Shown here: positions 9,793 to 19,914 of the stretch, piece after piece | Layout: each line of letters starts with the position of its first letter | Position numbering within the stretch: the first letter of the stretch is position 1 | Source: Candidatus Obscuribacterales bacterium | GTDB taxonomy: Bacteria > Cyanobacteriota > Vampirovibrionia > Obscuribacterales > Obscuribacteraceae | NCBI GenBank assembly: GCA_965228855.1 | Contig: CBDDIJ010000005.1 | Location: forward strand, 864,001-928,000 | Length of the DNA stretch: 64,000 nt | Direction: 5' to 3' | Notes under the pieces: model-generated | The model's database searches: none | What the model was told of the DNA's origin: nothing | The model's input: the letters and a program-made list of their open reading frames with translations, nothing else | Position numbers and translations under genes: made by a program

Positions 9793-10203
9793 TCACTCAG
9801 GCTTAAAACCGCCGGAGGTGAAACGCTCCGAGAGAAGTAGCCGACGCTGGTCCACGCGGACGAACATGGTTTGAACATCGTCGCCGACTTCGTGCTTGCT
9901 GTTGCTAGGCAGAAATCCGGGAAGCCCTTCCCGCCTGGTTTCCACTGCATAACCGCCATCCTCGCGACCCACAATTCGACAAGGCAAAATTTGTCCAGCT
10001 TTCAGCGCTCGTATGGTTTTCCAATCCGAGGAGCCAGTCAACAACGCCTGCTTTGAAGGCGTTTTCTGAGTCTTCTCGGAATTCCGGGGTCTCTGCGGGT
10101 TCTGCGGTTTGCCGGTACGCCCAGGTAGAACCTTCCCTTGCGCTCTTCTCGCAAAGGGCACCACGTTTCCGTTTCCGATTCCAACTTCACCCTCATCACT
10201 CAT
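9793..10203 (-). CDS. Small S1/OB-fold-like protein (paralog 3)
   Basis: LKAGQILPCRIVGREDGGYAV..GLPGFLPS..HEVGDDVQTMFV..RLLLSERF; ATGA overlap with upstream gene. Confidence 0.75.
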   Translation of the reverse strand: MSDEGEVGIGNGNVVPFARRAQGKVLPGRTGKPQNPQRPRNSEKTQKTPSKQALLTGSSDWKTIRALKAGQILPCRIVGREDGGYAVETRREGLPGFLPSNSKHEVGDDVQTMFVRVDQRRLLLSERFTSGGFKPE

Positions 10204-10739
10204 GAGTCGTCACCTATCTCGCCGTCGGAACCGGCACCCGAATCAATTGAAGTCAGCGTCTCACCATCACTTTCGCCACTTGTTGGCGAAGTCTCATCAC
10301 TCTCGCTCTCGGAAGAACACATAGAGTCTAAGAGGGCCGCCCAGTCAAGTCCGTGACGTGAAGAGAGACGTTCTGACAGCAGCAACTTATCCCTATCAAA
10401 ACAGACGAACGTGGCAAGCACTTCATCTCCAACGTTGTGCCTTGCCCTGCTCGGCAAGTATCCATGCCCGTCGCTCGGCAAGTATCCACGCAAGCCGCCC
10501 TGAACTGTTAAAACATCGAATCCACCAGGCACCGCCTGTACTATGCGACACTGCAATATCTGCCCTGGTTTGAATCCTCTGTAGTATTTCCAGTCGGAGG
10601 CAGCGTTCAAGTACCCCGCTGGAGTGGATTGATCCACACGAGACTTTCCACGATTTCGCCGTCCGTGCGGAGCCTCCGAAGCCTCACGCCTCACGAACGG
10701 AAGGACGTTATCTTCCCCTGGCTCTCCCTTCTCGTTCAT
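10200..10739 (-). CDS. Small S1/OB-fold-like protein with acidic tail (paralog 2)
   Basis: FKPGQILQCRIVQAVPGGFDV..GLRGYLPS..HNVGDEVLATFVCFD..LLLSERL; internal duplication with 24-bp period (GYLPS twice). Confidence 0.75.
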   Translation of the reverse strand: MNEKGEPGEDNVLPFVRREASEAPHGRRNRGKSRVDQSTPAGYLNAASDWKYYRGFKPGQILQCRIVQAVPGGFDVLTVQGGLRGYLPSDGHGYLPSRARHNVGDEVLATFVCFDRDKLLLSERLSSRHGLDWAALLDSMCSSESESDETSPTSGESDGETLTSIDSGAGSDGEIGDDS

Positions 10740-11047
10740 ATGTTGCCACCGCCCGCGGTATCTCCGAATCCTCTACGATCAAATCTTCCGGAAGCGAACT
10801 GGTCCCAGATCAATAACCGTTTTTGCTTCTTGTCAAAACACACGACCGTCGCAAGCACTTCGTCCCCAGTTGAGTGAAGACCTCTTGAACTAAGAAATGC
10901 ATTTTCCACACCCCCCACTATATCCACGCGAAAACCATTCGAGTCAGCGCCTCGAACAACACAACGCACCAGTTTGCCTGGAATAGGTTCCACGGACCCA
11001 CGCTCAAGAGGAGATAACTTGTTATACCCGCCGGCACGAGTTCGCAA
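10736..11047 (-). CDS. Small S1/OB-fold-like protein (paralog 1)
   Basis: PGKLVRCVVRGADSNGFRVDI..NAFLSS..HSTGDEVLATVVCFD; TTG start uncertain. Confidence 0.65.
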   Translation of the reverse strand: MRTRAGGYNKLSPLERGSVEPIPGKLVRCVVRGADSNGFRVDIVGGVENAFLSSRGLHSTGDEVLATVVCFDKKQKRLLIWDQFASGRFDRRGFGDTAGGGNI

Positions 11048-11221
11048 CCTGTTTCAGCGCCCATGGAGACCGACACGCTAGTAACGGTTTAAGCGCCAAT
11101 CTAATGTTCTAATTAACTGGATTATCGTATCTCGTTCGTGGTAACGTTCTCCATTCACGACTTCCGGCGAACTCTTGGCGCTTGGAACGAGATTATGCAC
11201 GACAATTTTGAGGTTTCTCGC

Positions 11222-14200
11222 ATGACCAGACCGTCGAACAATCGCTCCTCTCGCTTCGCAGTCCTCCTCGCCGGAACGTTGCTCATAACAAGCGCCTCCG
11301 CAGCCCAAGCAGGTCACAATGACGGACCGAGCTTCCGCGATTTCCGAGACCAGAACCCGGAGATTGATAGACACGCCGCTCGCGCCTTATTTAGAGAAAC
11401 CTATGGCGCCAATGCCAGAAACCGCTCGCAGACTATCGCCACGCCGACCGTTTTCTCAACGGCCGGAAGCGATGCCGCCAGCACACAGCTCAATCTGGGC
11501 AACTTGAACAACCACAAGCTGATACGCCAGTTCAGCAATCGCACCAGGCAGGTGAATACCGAAGGGCAGCTCGTCAGATTGAGAGGCGGTCTAGACCTTG
11601 ACCTCACAAGCAACACGAGAAACATCACTCTTGGAAGAAACCTATTCAGCGACGCCACTTCGATTGAGATCACGATAGGCGGCGAAAGCAAGTCCCTCAG
11701 CGCCGGAAGTCAGGTCACTGCAGCAGAGTACATCGCAGTGAAGCAAGCATTCACTGGAGAAGGACAAAAACTTGTTATTGACCGCTCCGGTCGAGCCATC
11801 GGTGGAGACGTAGATTTAGACGCTATAACCGGTCCACAAGATGCAATGCGCGCTGCAAATTTTGTGGTTTCCAACAATGTCACCACCCTTGGTGACTTCT
11901 CGAAGCGCTCGGACTTTACATTGCTCGGCAACTTAGACAACTTTGGAACAGTCATCGCTTCGTCGAGTGGAAATTCCCGCAACGGTTCAATTCACGCTGA
12001 TGACATTAACAACTATATCGGCGCGACAATTAACTCTACCGTCGATTTGACACTGGATGCTGCGAGAAACTTTAACAACGCAGGCACCATTTCCTCCACT
12101 GGCAATCTGACTATCAATGCCGGAAACGCGGTCACGAATTACGGCTCCATCGCGGCTGCCGGCGACCTCAGTTTAACTGCACCGAGCGTGAAGAACACTG
12201 GTTCAATTTCTTCCACCGGCGGAAACGTCAACTTTAACGCGCTAGATTCAACGCTCATGGTGGACAACAGAAACGGAACCGTCAGCGCCTTAAAAGGAGC
12301 TATAAACCTTCGCGATGCATCCTACGACGCCGCCTACAACAGCACTATTGTAGGCGGAGATTTGCTCAGCAAACAATTCAACATGAATGCTGGAGAAGGA
12401 GTTGCAACTGTTGACGTCAACAAACTTACGGGAGTCGTATCGCAGACTGGAAGCGCCGCTCACCTGACAGCAAACACCGAACTGCTTCAGATAGGCGATA
12501 GCTGTTTAACCGGCGACCCAACATTCTTTAATACCGCAGGTAGTATCTTAATCAACGGCAATATAACAGTCGGAGAGAACCTCGTAATAGTTGCTGCCGG
12601 GAATATAACGGGCTCCGGAGTGACGATTCAAGCTGGCGATGCAACCTCTACAGGCTTTGACATTACATTGATTGCCGGTGCCGATTTCACGAATCAAGGC
12701 GGTTCAAACCGAGACATCTTGCCAGGAGACTTAAGTGGCGCCGGAGCGGTTTCGCTGACAGGCAAAGCATCGAAAACCGGCGGCGGCATTACGCTTTCCG
12801 GCAACTCCGCGATCATAGCCCAAGCCACCGCCCCTGGGGCCAATGCCAACGGCGGCAATGTTTCTATATTCGCCTTCGACGGCAATAAACCAGTTGGCAA
12901 TCTCCAACCTGGCGTCGTAGATCTGGCTTCAGCATCAATCACGACCGGAGGAACCGGCACGGGCACTAATGGCAGAGTGACAATCGTCGGAGCTCAGGAC
13001 AAACCCACAAGCTTCGCAGTTCGCACTGGAGCGATTGATACCACTGGCGGTAGCACCGCAACTGGTGATGTCACTATTTTTGCTTCTAAGATCGGAGTCG
13101 ATCAGCGCGGGCAACCCGTCACCTATGATGCCAATGGGGTACGCGGAAGCAATTTCCTCAGACCACTAAATCCCAATTCCAAAGCGGCTGTTTTTCTGAA
13201 CTCTAATATAGACTCGGGCAACCGGTTCCAGGTTACAGCAGGCGACCAGATCACTGTTCAAAACAGCGTTTCTGCAGATGGAGCGATTGACTTGTTTGGA
13301 AGAAACATAGTCGGTCTCGGCGTGCTGACCTCCCAGTCGAATGTCAGCTTCGTCGCGGAGGATAGCATTGGCGCTTCGTCCGACCCGCTTCAAGTCAATG
13401 CCCCTGTACTCAACGTAAACGCCGGTGGTTCACGCGTCAGCATCGATCTGACCGGAGTGGCTACGAACACCGATCTGGAGCTGATTGAGGCACCGAAAGC
13501 AAATGTCATCGTTTTCGGACTCGCGCAAACTGTCTCTGCCAGCGGAGCTATAGAAGCGAAGTTGTTCGACGTAACTGGAAGCGGATTCGGTACCTTCAGC
13601 GACATCAAAGCTCCTAACATCAACTTCACCGCGTTGGCTTCCTCGATAGACAATGCTACGTTCGGAGGCAATCTGGATACGAGTACGCTCGGTCTATTCT
13701 CCAGCGCCTCGATAGGGACTTCGGGAACTCCACTTCAGATCAGCCCCAAAGTGGAGTTTTTGACGGCTCAGGCCTCCGCTGGCGATGTTTACCTTAACAT
13801 CACATCTACTCGCAGAACAATCCTGTCAGAAACCAAAGCAACAGGCGCCGTCGGAATCACAGCTGCGGACTCGATCAACATGATCGGAAGCTCTGCCCTC
13901 ATCGCGTCCGGACCAATCAATATCACCACAGGCGATGGCACTCTAACAATTCAGCATATCTTAAATTCTGGCGGACTGATGTCCATTAGCAACACTGATG
14001 AGCGAGGCGGTAAGCTGAATATTCTCAGCGGCTTAAGCACCCAGGGAGTCAATGACATCACCGTATCACTTGGCGTTGCGAGCCCGGATCCAATGCCGCC
14101 ACAGGACAATGTGACATTGATCAATAATGTGACGCTAACCGGTTCCGGCTTGAAAGCGGCGCCCGGAACCATTCTCAATGGAATCGGAGCCTCATTCGTT

Positions 14201-14284
14201 TTCATCAACAACAGCTTGAGCCCGAACTCTCTAACGCTCGGTGACAAGCAGGTGGGCGGAATAACCATCATTTCGAACGATTAA
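11222..14284 (+). CDS. Large secreted Gly/Asn/Thr/Ser-rich beta-helical (filamentous-haemagglutinin-like) protein
   Basis: ATG at 11222 with GAGG RBS and signal peptide (..ITSASAAQA); repeated N-x-G-x-I / LTINAG units. Confidence 0.75.
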   Translation: MTRPSNNRSSRFAVLLAGTLLITSASAAQAGHNDGPSFRDFRDQNPEIDRHAARALFRETYGANARNRSQTIATPTVFSTAGSDAASTQLNLGNLNNHKLIRQFSNRTRQVNTEGQLVRLRGGLDLDLTSNTRNITLGRNLFSDATSIEITIGGESKSLSAGSQVTAAEYIAVKQAFTGEGQKLVIDRSGRAIGGDVDLDAITGPQDAMRAANFVVSNNVTTLGDFSKRSDFTLLGNLDNFGTVIASSSGNSRNGSIHADDINNYIGATINSTVDLTLDAARNFNNAGTISSTGNLTINAGNAVTNYGSIAAAGDLSLTAPSVKNTGSISSTGGNVNFNALDSTLMVDNRNGTVSALKGAINLRDASYDAAYNSTIVGGDLLSKQFNMNAGEGVATVDVNKLTGVVSQTGSAAHLTANTELLQIGDSCLTGDPTFFNTAGSILINGNITVGENLVIVAAGNITGSGVTIQAGDATSTGFDITLIAGADFTNQGGSNRDILPGDLSGAGAVSLTGKASKTGGGITLSGNSAIIAQATAPGANANGGNVSIFAFDGNKPVGNLQPGVVDLASASITTGGTGTGTNGRVTIVGAQDKPTSFAVRTGAIDTTGGSTATGDVTIFASKIGVDQRGQPVTYDANGVRGSNFLRPLNPNSKAAVFLNSNIDSGNRFQVTAGDQITVQNSVSADGAIDLFGRNIVGLGVLTSQSNVSFVAEDSIGASSDPLQVNAPVLNVNAGGSRVSIDLTGVATNTDLELIEAPKANVIVFGLAQTVSASGAIEAKLFDVTGSGFGTFSDIKAPNINFTALASSIDNATFGGNLDTSTLGLFSSASIGTSGTPLQISPKVEFLTAQASAGDVYLNITSTRRTILSETKATGAVGITAADSINMIGSSALIASGPINITTGDGTLTIQHILNSGGLMSISNTDERGGKLNILSGLSTQGVNDITVSLGVASPDPMPPQDNVTLINNVTLTGSGLKAAPGTILNGIGASFVFINNSLSPNSLTLGDKQVGGITIISND

Positions 14285-14286
14285 CC

Positions 14287-14386
14287 CCGTTCGATTCAGA
14301 TGCTAAACGTTTTGACAGACCTCAATCAGTCAAATCCGTTCGATTCAGATTCTAAATGATTCTTCGACAGACTTCGATCAGTCAAA
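14287..14386. repeat. Imperfect ~50-bp tandem duplication between convergent genes
   Basis: ccgttcgattcagat...gacagac...atcagtcaaa occurs at 14287-14334 and 14336-14386; the first copy contains a tttgac/gtcaaa stem. Confidence 0.8.
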
Positions 14387-14391
14387 CCATT

Positions 14392-16197
14392 TTAGTCTGT
14401 TTCAAGCTTCAGCAACGCCATGAATGCTTCTTGCGGTATCTCGACTTTGCCGACCGCCTTCATGCGCTTTTTACCTTCTTTTTGTTTCTCGAGAAGCTTA
14501 CGCTTACGCGAGATGTCACCACCGTAGCACTTTGCCAGCACGTTCTTACGAACGGCAGAAACGTTTGTTCGCGCAACAATCTTTCCGCCAATCGCGGCTT
14601 GAATAGGCACTTCGAACATCTGGCGCGGAATAACTTCCTTAAGTTTCTTCGCTAAAAGTTGTCCGTAAGTGTGAGCCTTATCGACGTGAACAATGGCTGA
14701 CAATGCATCAACCGGGTCACCAGCAATCAACACATCGAGCTTGACCAGACGTGATTCGCGATAGTCTTTCACTTGATAGTCAAGGCTAGCGTAGCCCTTG
14801 GAGCGGGACTTCAGTTGATCGAAAAAGTCAGTGATGATCTCACCGAGAGGCAATTCGTAGAGCAACTCCTTACGACGAGCATCAAGATACTTGAGGTCGA
14901 CATAGATTCCACGCCGCTGCTGGCAAAGTTCCATCAATGCACCAACATAATCGTTGGGCACGATAATGGTGGCATCAACGTACGGTTCTTCAATCTTCTC
15001 TCTGTAGTTTGGCTCAGGCAGAAAGGCCGGGTTGTCGACCATTATGATCGAACCGTCAGTTTTGGTCACGCGATAAATTACCGACGGAGCGGTAACAATG
15101 AGCCTGAGATTGTACTCGCGCTCAAGACGCTCCTGGATAATTTCCATGTGAAGCAAACCGAGGAAGCCAACGCGGAAGCCGAAACCTAGAGCCTCAGAGC
15201 TTTCCGGCTCGAAGAACAAACTCGAGTCATTTAGCTTCAGTTTCTCCAGAGCTTCTCGCAGGTCCGGATATTGCTCGTTGTCTACCGGATAAATCCCTGC
15301 GAACACCATGGGTTTCGCGGGACGATAGCCCGGAAGGGCTTCAACTGCGGGACGCTCAACGTGAGTTATGGTGTCACCGACGAGCGTTTCCACATCTTTG
15401 ATAGCAGCGGCCAGGTAACCCACTTCACCCGGTCCCAGTCGATCAACCTTCGTCTGCACCGGCTTCAAAACACCAAGTTCGGTAATCTCGAAATTCTTTG
15501 CGTTAGCCATGAAGCGAATCTTGTCGCCAACCCGGACCTCACCATCCTTAATACGAAAGTAAGCGATAATTCCGCGATAGCTGTCGTAATAACTGTCGAA
15601 AACCAGCGCACGTAGGGGTTCTTTAATGGTGTTTTTCGGCGGCGGAATGTGCTGCACAATCGCTTCAAGAACTTCCTGGATACCGATATTGGCTTTTGCG
15701 CTTGTTTCCACGGCATTGTCGGTTGGCCAACCGACAACGTCCTCAATCTCCTGGCGAACACGCGCAGGATCGGCGCTCGGCAAGTCGATTTTGTTTAACA
15801 CCGGAACGATTTCCAAATTGTTCTCGAGCGCAAGGTGAACGTTCGCCAGGGTTTGAGCCTCTACGCCCTGGCTCGCATCAACGATGAGAAGCGCGCCTTC
15901 GCATGCGGCTAGACTGCGCGACACTTCATAGCCGAAATCGACGTGCCCGGGAGTGTCGATCAGATTCAACACATAATTCTTGCCATCTTTAGCTTTGTAA
16001 TCCATCCGCGCGGCCTGCGCCTTAATTGTAATGCCGCGCTCGCGTTCAATATCCATAGAGTCGAGGACTTGCGCTTGCATAACGCGCTTTTCGATCGTGT
16101 TGGTATATTCCAGCAAGCGGTCAGCCAGCGTTGATTTGCCGTGATCGATGTGGGCAATAATTGAAAAGTTGCGAATCTGGTCAGGATCGGTTGGCAC
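14392..16197 (-). CDS. lepA: Translation elongation factor 4 (LepA)
   Basis: [65 protein letters not shown]. Confidence 0.98.
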   Translation of the reverse strand: MPTDPDQIRNFSIIAHIDHGKSTLADRLLEYTNTIEKRVMQAQVLDSMDIERERGITIKAQAARMDYKAKDGKNYVLNLIDTPGHVDFGYEVSRSLAACEGALLIVDASQGVEAQTLANVHLALENNLEIVPVLNKIDLPSADPARVRQEIEDVVGWPTDNAVETSAKANIGIQEVLEAIVQHIPPPKNTIKEPLRALVFDSYYDSYRGIIAYFRIKDGEVRVGDKIRFMANAKNFEITELGVLKPVQTKVDRLGPGEVGYLAAAIKDVETLVGDTITHVERPAVEALPGYRPAKPMVFAGIYPVDNEQYPDLREALEKLKLNDSSLFFEPESSEALGFGFRVGFLGLLHMEIIQERLEREYNLRLIVTAPSVIYRVTKTDGSIIMVDNPAFLPEPNYREKIEEPYVDATIIVPNDYVGALMELCQQRRGIYVDLKYLDARRKELLYELPLGEIITDFFDQLKSRSKGYASLDYQVKDYRESRLVKLDVLIAGDPVDALSAIVHVDKAHTYGQLLAKKLKEVIPRQMFEVPIQAAIGGKIVARTNVSAVRKNVLAKCYGGDISRKRKLLEKQKEGKKRMKAVGKVEIPQEAFMALLKLETD

Positions 16198-16559
16198 TTA
16201 GGTATCCTTAACTTCGCGCCGAGGCTCTGCTCTCGACTGCGTACGAACTGCACAAACAGGCTGCAGACCGTATATTATCAAGCTGTCGCCAAAGCCGATA
16301 CAGAAGCGTCTAATCTTCTTAATAGAAGAACTTACTTTCTATCTATGTGCGGCATCGCCAGCGGGTCGAAAGTTATGTTACTTCAGCGCAATTAAACGGT
16401 TTCAACCGTCAAACGCATGACTGCAGAGGGTTTGGCGCCAGTGTTAGCCAGCCTTAAGATTATATTGAAATGCTAAAATTAGCGCACGATTAGGTACTCC
16501 TGTCGCTTCCGCACGAGGCGACCGAGGTCGGCATCCCATCATCTGCGAAGAGAATTTGA

Positions 16560-18551
16560 ATGAGTAATCCTTTCCTGGACGCGATATCACAAAAACCGCT
16601 TCTCGGCGACGGTGGCATCGGCACGCTGCTTTATTCGCGTGGATCTTTGCCCAGTGCGTGCTTCGAGCAATTGAACCTGACCAACAAAGATATGGTCCAG
16701 CAGGTGCACGTCGACTATCTCACCGCAGGCGCCGATATCATCGAGACCAATTCCTTTTCTGGAAACCGCATGAAGCTTGCCTCTTTCGGTTTGGAAAACG
16801 AAGTTTGGAACATAAATGTCTGGGCGGCAAAAATTGCTAGAAACGCTCGCGAAATTGCCGGCAATCCGGCATTCATAGCAGGCGCGGTCGGCCCAACGGG
16901 GAAGATGCTGCCCCCTCTCGGCACCACTGAAAAACAAGAATTGTACGACGCGTTTCGCGAACAAATGGAAGGTCTGCTGGCAGGCGGCGTCGACCTGTTC
17001 ATGATTGAAACCATGTCATCGCTTGATGAACTGGTGCAAGCAGTGCGCGCGGCTCGTTCACTTTCGAAACTTCCAATAGTGGCGCAAGTGAGCTTCTCAC
17101 CTGAAGGCTTCACGCTCTTCGGCGCGACACCTGAAGACACCCTGCGTATTTTCGATCAACTCGGCGCAGATATGCCCGAAGTCTTTGGTATCAACTGCGG
17201 TGCTGGACCAGGACCGGTATTCGACGCATTTTTAAGGATGAAGGCTGCGCTGGATAACGGCGGCGTTGGTCAACAGCTCGCCGGCTTCTCGGCATTGCCG
17301 AACGCCGGTCAACCGAGTTTGACAGGTGGTCGAACAATATTTATGAGCAGACCCGATTATTGCGCGTCTTACGTCGAACCTTTCGTAATGGCCGGAGCGA
17401 AGATAATCGGCGGATGTTGCGGTACGACACCGGACCATATCAAAGCCATGCGCAAATCGCTTGACGCCTTTGTACGAGTCAACAACGACGTTGGCACTGC
17501 AACCCTGACGGAACTTCCATCGCTAAAAAGTCCGGAAGTTTTGATAGCGGCCAGCCCGTTGAAAAACCGCCTTTCACTTGACACTACTGGTGGTACCACA
17601 GCAGAAGAAACGCCTGAAGGGACAGCCGCGCCGGAACGACCTCTCAAAGACAGACTCAAAGCTTTCAAGGATGGAACGGAACAGGGCTTTTTCGTAAGCG
17701 TTGAAATCGATCCACCAAAGGGAGCGGTCACTAAAAAACTGATCAAGGCCGCGAAGATGTTGAAGGAATCGGGTGCCGATTCGATTAACGTAGGCGACAG
17801 CCCGATGGCGAGAGTCCGCATGTCTAGCCTCGCTACGTGTAAGTTAATCGGTACCGATACCGGAATCGAAACCATCATTCATTTCACTACCAGAGACAGA
17901 AATTTGATGGGCATCCAGGCAGACCTCCTTGGCTGCCAGGCTCTTGGCGTTCACAACATCCTCGCACTGACGGGCGATCCGCCGGCGCTGGGCAACTACG
18001 CGCACGCTACCGCAGTTTATGATGTTGATTCGGTTGGATTGATCAGAATCATCAGCCAGTTGAACGAAGGCAAGGACATCGCCGGTAATACCATCGGCAG
18101 CCCGACGAATCTCTCAATCGGATGCGCTTTGAACTGCACACACGAGGAAAGGGCGCTTGAGAAGGAGCGCTTCAAGCGCAAACTCGAAGCAGGCGCGCAC
18201 TTCGTTATGACTCAACCTATCTATCAAGTGAACGACCTCACCGACTTTCTGGATGAATACGGCGAATGCCCGGTTCCAATCCTGGTAGGAATCATGCCGC
18301 TTCACAGCTCCAAGCACGCCGAATACCTACATAACGAAGTCCCCGGTATCACGATTCCGTCGAAGATTCGCCAGGCAATGGCGAAAGCCGGGGACCAGGG
18401 AGCGGTTGTCGGTTTAGAACTGGCACAGGCGCTGCTTGAGCAGCTTCGCGGGCTTTGTCAGGGTACATATCTCGTTCCATCCTTCGGTCGATACGACGAT
18501 ATGTGCACACTCGTCACGCGCTTGAAGCAGAAACTCGTCAGCACTAAGTAG
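16560..18551 (+). CDS. yitJ: Bifunctional homocysteine S-methyltransferase / methylenetetrahydrofolate reductase (YitJ/SamT type)
   Basis: HMT domain with GINCG and GGCCGT Zn ligands, fused to an MTHFR domain (VEIDPPKG, HFTTRDRN, LTGDPP, MTQPIY). Confidence 0.92.
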   Translation: MSNPFLDAISQKPLLGDGGIGTLLYSRGSLPSACFEQLNLTNKDMVQQVHVDYLTAGADIIETNSFSGNRMKLASFGLENEVWNINVWAAKIARNAREIAGNPAFIAGAVGPTGKMLPPLGTTEKQELYDAFREQMEGLLAGGVDLFMIETMSSLDELVQAVRAARSLSKLPIVAQVSFSPEGFTLFGATPEDTLRIFDQLGADMPEVFGINCGAGPGPVFDAFLRMKAALDNGGVGQQLAGFSALPNAGQPSLTGGRTIFMSRPDYCASYVEPFVMAGAKIIGGCCGTTPDHIKAMRKSLDAFVRVNNDVGTATLTELPSLKSPEVLIAASPLKNRLSLDTTGGTTAEETPEGTAAPERPLKDRLKAFKDGTEQGFFVSVEIDPPKGAVTKKLIKAAKMLKESGADSINVGDSPMARVRMSSLATCKLIGTDTGIETIIHFTTRDRNLMGIQADLLGCQALGVHNILALTGDPPALGNYAHATAVYDVDSVGLIRIISQLNEGKDIAGNTIGSPTNLSIGCALNCTHEERALEKERFKRKLEAGAHFVMTQPIYQVNDLTDFLDEYGECPVPILVGIMPLHSSKHAEYLHNEVPGITIPSKIRQAMAKAGDQGAVVGLELAQALLEQLRGLCQGTYLVPSFGRYDDMCTLVTRLKQKLVSTK

Positions 18552-18564
18552 GAACAGTCATGCA

Positions 18565-19230
18565 ATGACCAGGCAACGTACGATGGTCTCGCTGACCACA
18601 GCCCTGAGCCTCGCGGTGCTTCTGAGTTCAGAATGCTTAGCCATGGACTCCGACGCCGAGATGAATCGCTTTCACATTTGGCTTAACAACTGTCTCAGGG
18701 TTACCGCAAGCTCCCTGCGCTGCCCGGAGGGCAAACAGACGAAAGTAAGTTTCTACCTTGAGAAAAACGGAAGGGTGACGGAACCTGAACTTGTCGAGGT
18801 TAGCGGCGATCTGAGTTTCGATTTAGCGTGCTTGGAAGCGGTCAGCTGCTTACCCGATTTTAAGTCCACTCAAATAGACCTTGTTCCGCTCACGAGGAAA
18901 GCCACATGCACTTTTAACGAAAAGAGCTACAAAACTGCAGAGAAACGTAGTCAATCCCTCATCGTTCATAAGATACCATATACGGTGCTCTTAAAATATC
19001 CCCAGGCTGCTCTAGAAATCGACTTCAATCACCCGGAAATTGGATACTCGGTTGACCATCTATACGATGAACCAGCTGACTTACATAAGTTCGCACGATG
19101 GGTTCAAGCACTCAAAAACATTAGTTTTCAATGGGCAAGATTCTACGACGAACACGAGACTGCCACCAAAGACGAGCTAATTAAATTCAGCAGGACAATC
19201 CATTTGCCGCTTGTTCCCGATTCGAGGTAA
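18565..19230 (+). CDS. Secreted TonB C-terminal-like domain protein
   Basis: Signal peptide; VSFYLEKNGRVTEPELVEVSGDLSFDLACLEAV; shares H(L/K)IP and W..F...H...TK.E motifs with 8997-9695. Confidence 0.7.
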   Translation: MTRQRTMVSLTTALSLAVLLSSECLAMDSDAEMNRFHIWLNNCLRVTASSLRCPEGKQTKVSFYLEKNGRVTEPELVEVSGDLSFDLACLEAVSCLPDFKSTQIDLVPLTRKATCTFNEKSYKTAEKRSQSLIVHKIPYTVLLKYPQAALEIDFNHPEIGYSVDHLYDEPADLHKFARWVQALKNISFQWARFYDEHETATKDELIKFSRTIHLPLVPDSR

Positions 19231-19339
19231 GGGGAACACGTTAGTACCGCCCCAGACGCTGCGCGTCTTACGCAACTAAATCAGAGTTGGCAGAAGAGAA
19301 TCTCACTTCTCCTAAAAAAATAATCGACAACTTACGAAA

Positions 19340-19804
19340 CTATTTCGCGGAAGCCAAATCGAGCACTCGTTGCCGAAGCTCATCCGGCGCGACGTTAAGA
19401 CCCTCTAGCATCTGCATTGCCTTTAGCGGTTCTGGTTTCGTTTCTGCTCGAGCTTTCGCGTATGACAGTAAGCCCAGCAACAGGTGTTGCGTGTCGATGA
19501 AATTGTCTCCAAGCATCCTAGCTTCGTCCCAGCTGCTTTCCAACAACCGCTTGCTGTCAAACGTGAAGGGGATTTCGATCGCGACGTCATCGGTACCGAT
19601 GCCGACAACCCTCTTAAACTCGCTTCGAACCTGCTCTTTGGTTACTCCGAGCTCCTTCAGCGCTAACGCCACTTTGCCTTGTTCAACCGCGGCTAGACCG
19701 GCCAGCAACGATTCGGGTCCGACGAAATTATTCTGCGTGCAACGCGAGAACTCTTGAGCGTACATAATTGCTTTGATGGCTCCCTCCCTGAATCTCTGAA
19801 ACAT
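19340..19804 (-). CDS. Stand-alone ClpC N-terminal (double Clp-N) domain protein, no AAA+ module
   Basis: MFQRFREGAIKAIMYAQE..NFVGPESLL..VAIEIPFT..KRLLESSWDEARMLGDNFIDTQHLLLGL, then stop. Confidence 0.88.
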   Translation of the reverse strand: MFQRFREGAIKAIMYAQEFSRCTQNNFVGPESLLAGLAAVEQGKVALALKELGVTKEQVRSEFKRVVGIGTDDVAIEIPFTFDSKRLLESSWDEARMLGDNFIDTQHLLLGLLSYAKARAETKPEPLKAMQMLEGLNVAPDELRQRVLDLASAK

Positions 19805-19914
19805 AAACACCCCCTTGAAAGAGCTCTAATTGAAACCATCCTACCTCAGCGAACCGAGAGCGCTGAGACCCTTAAACTTGGTAGAATAATGCCTGCTGTT
19901 GAAGGGTTGGATAA

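Noticed and set aside
14287..14350. tRNA fragment suggested by GTTCGATTC
   Set aside because: No cloverleaf, acceptor stem or CCA; it is part of a tandem duplication.
16200..16559. SAM/SAH riboswitch upstream of the yitJ-like gene
   Set aside because: I could not find SAM-I (AUC..GAG, GCAACC, GUGC, GAU) or SAH consensus elements; only a short hairpin.
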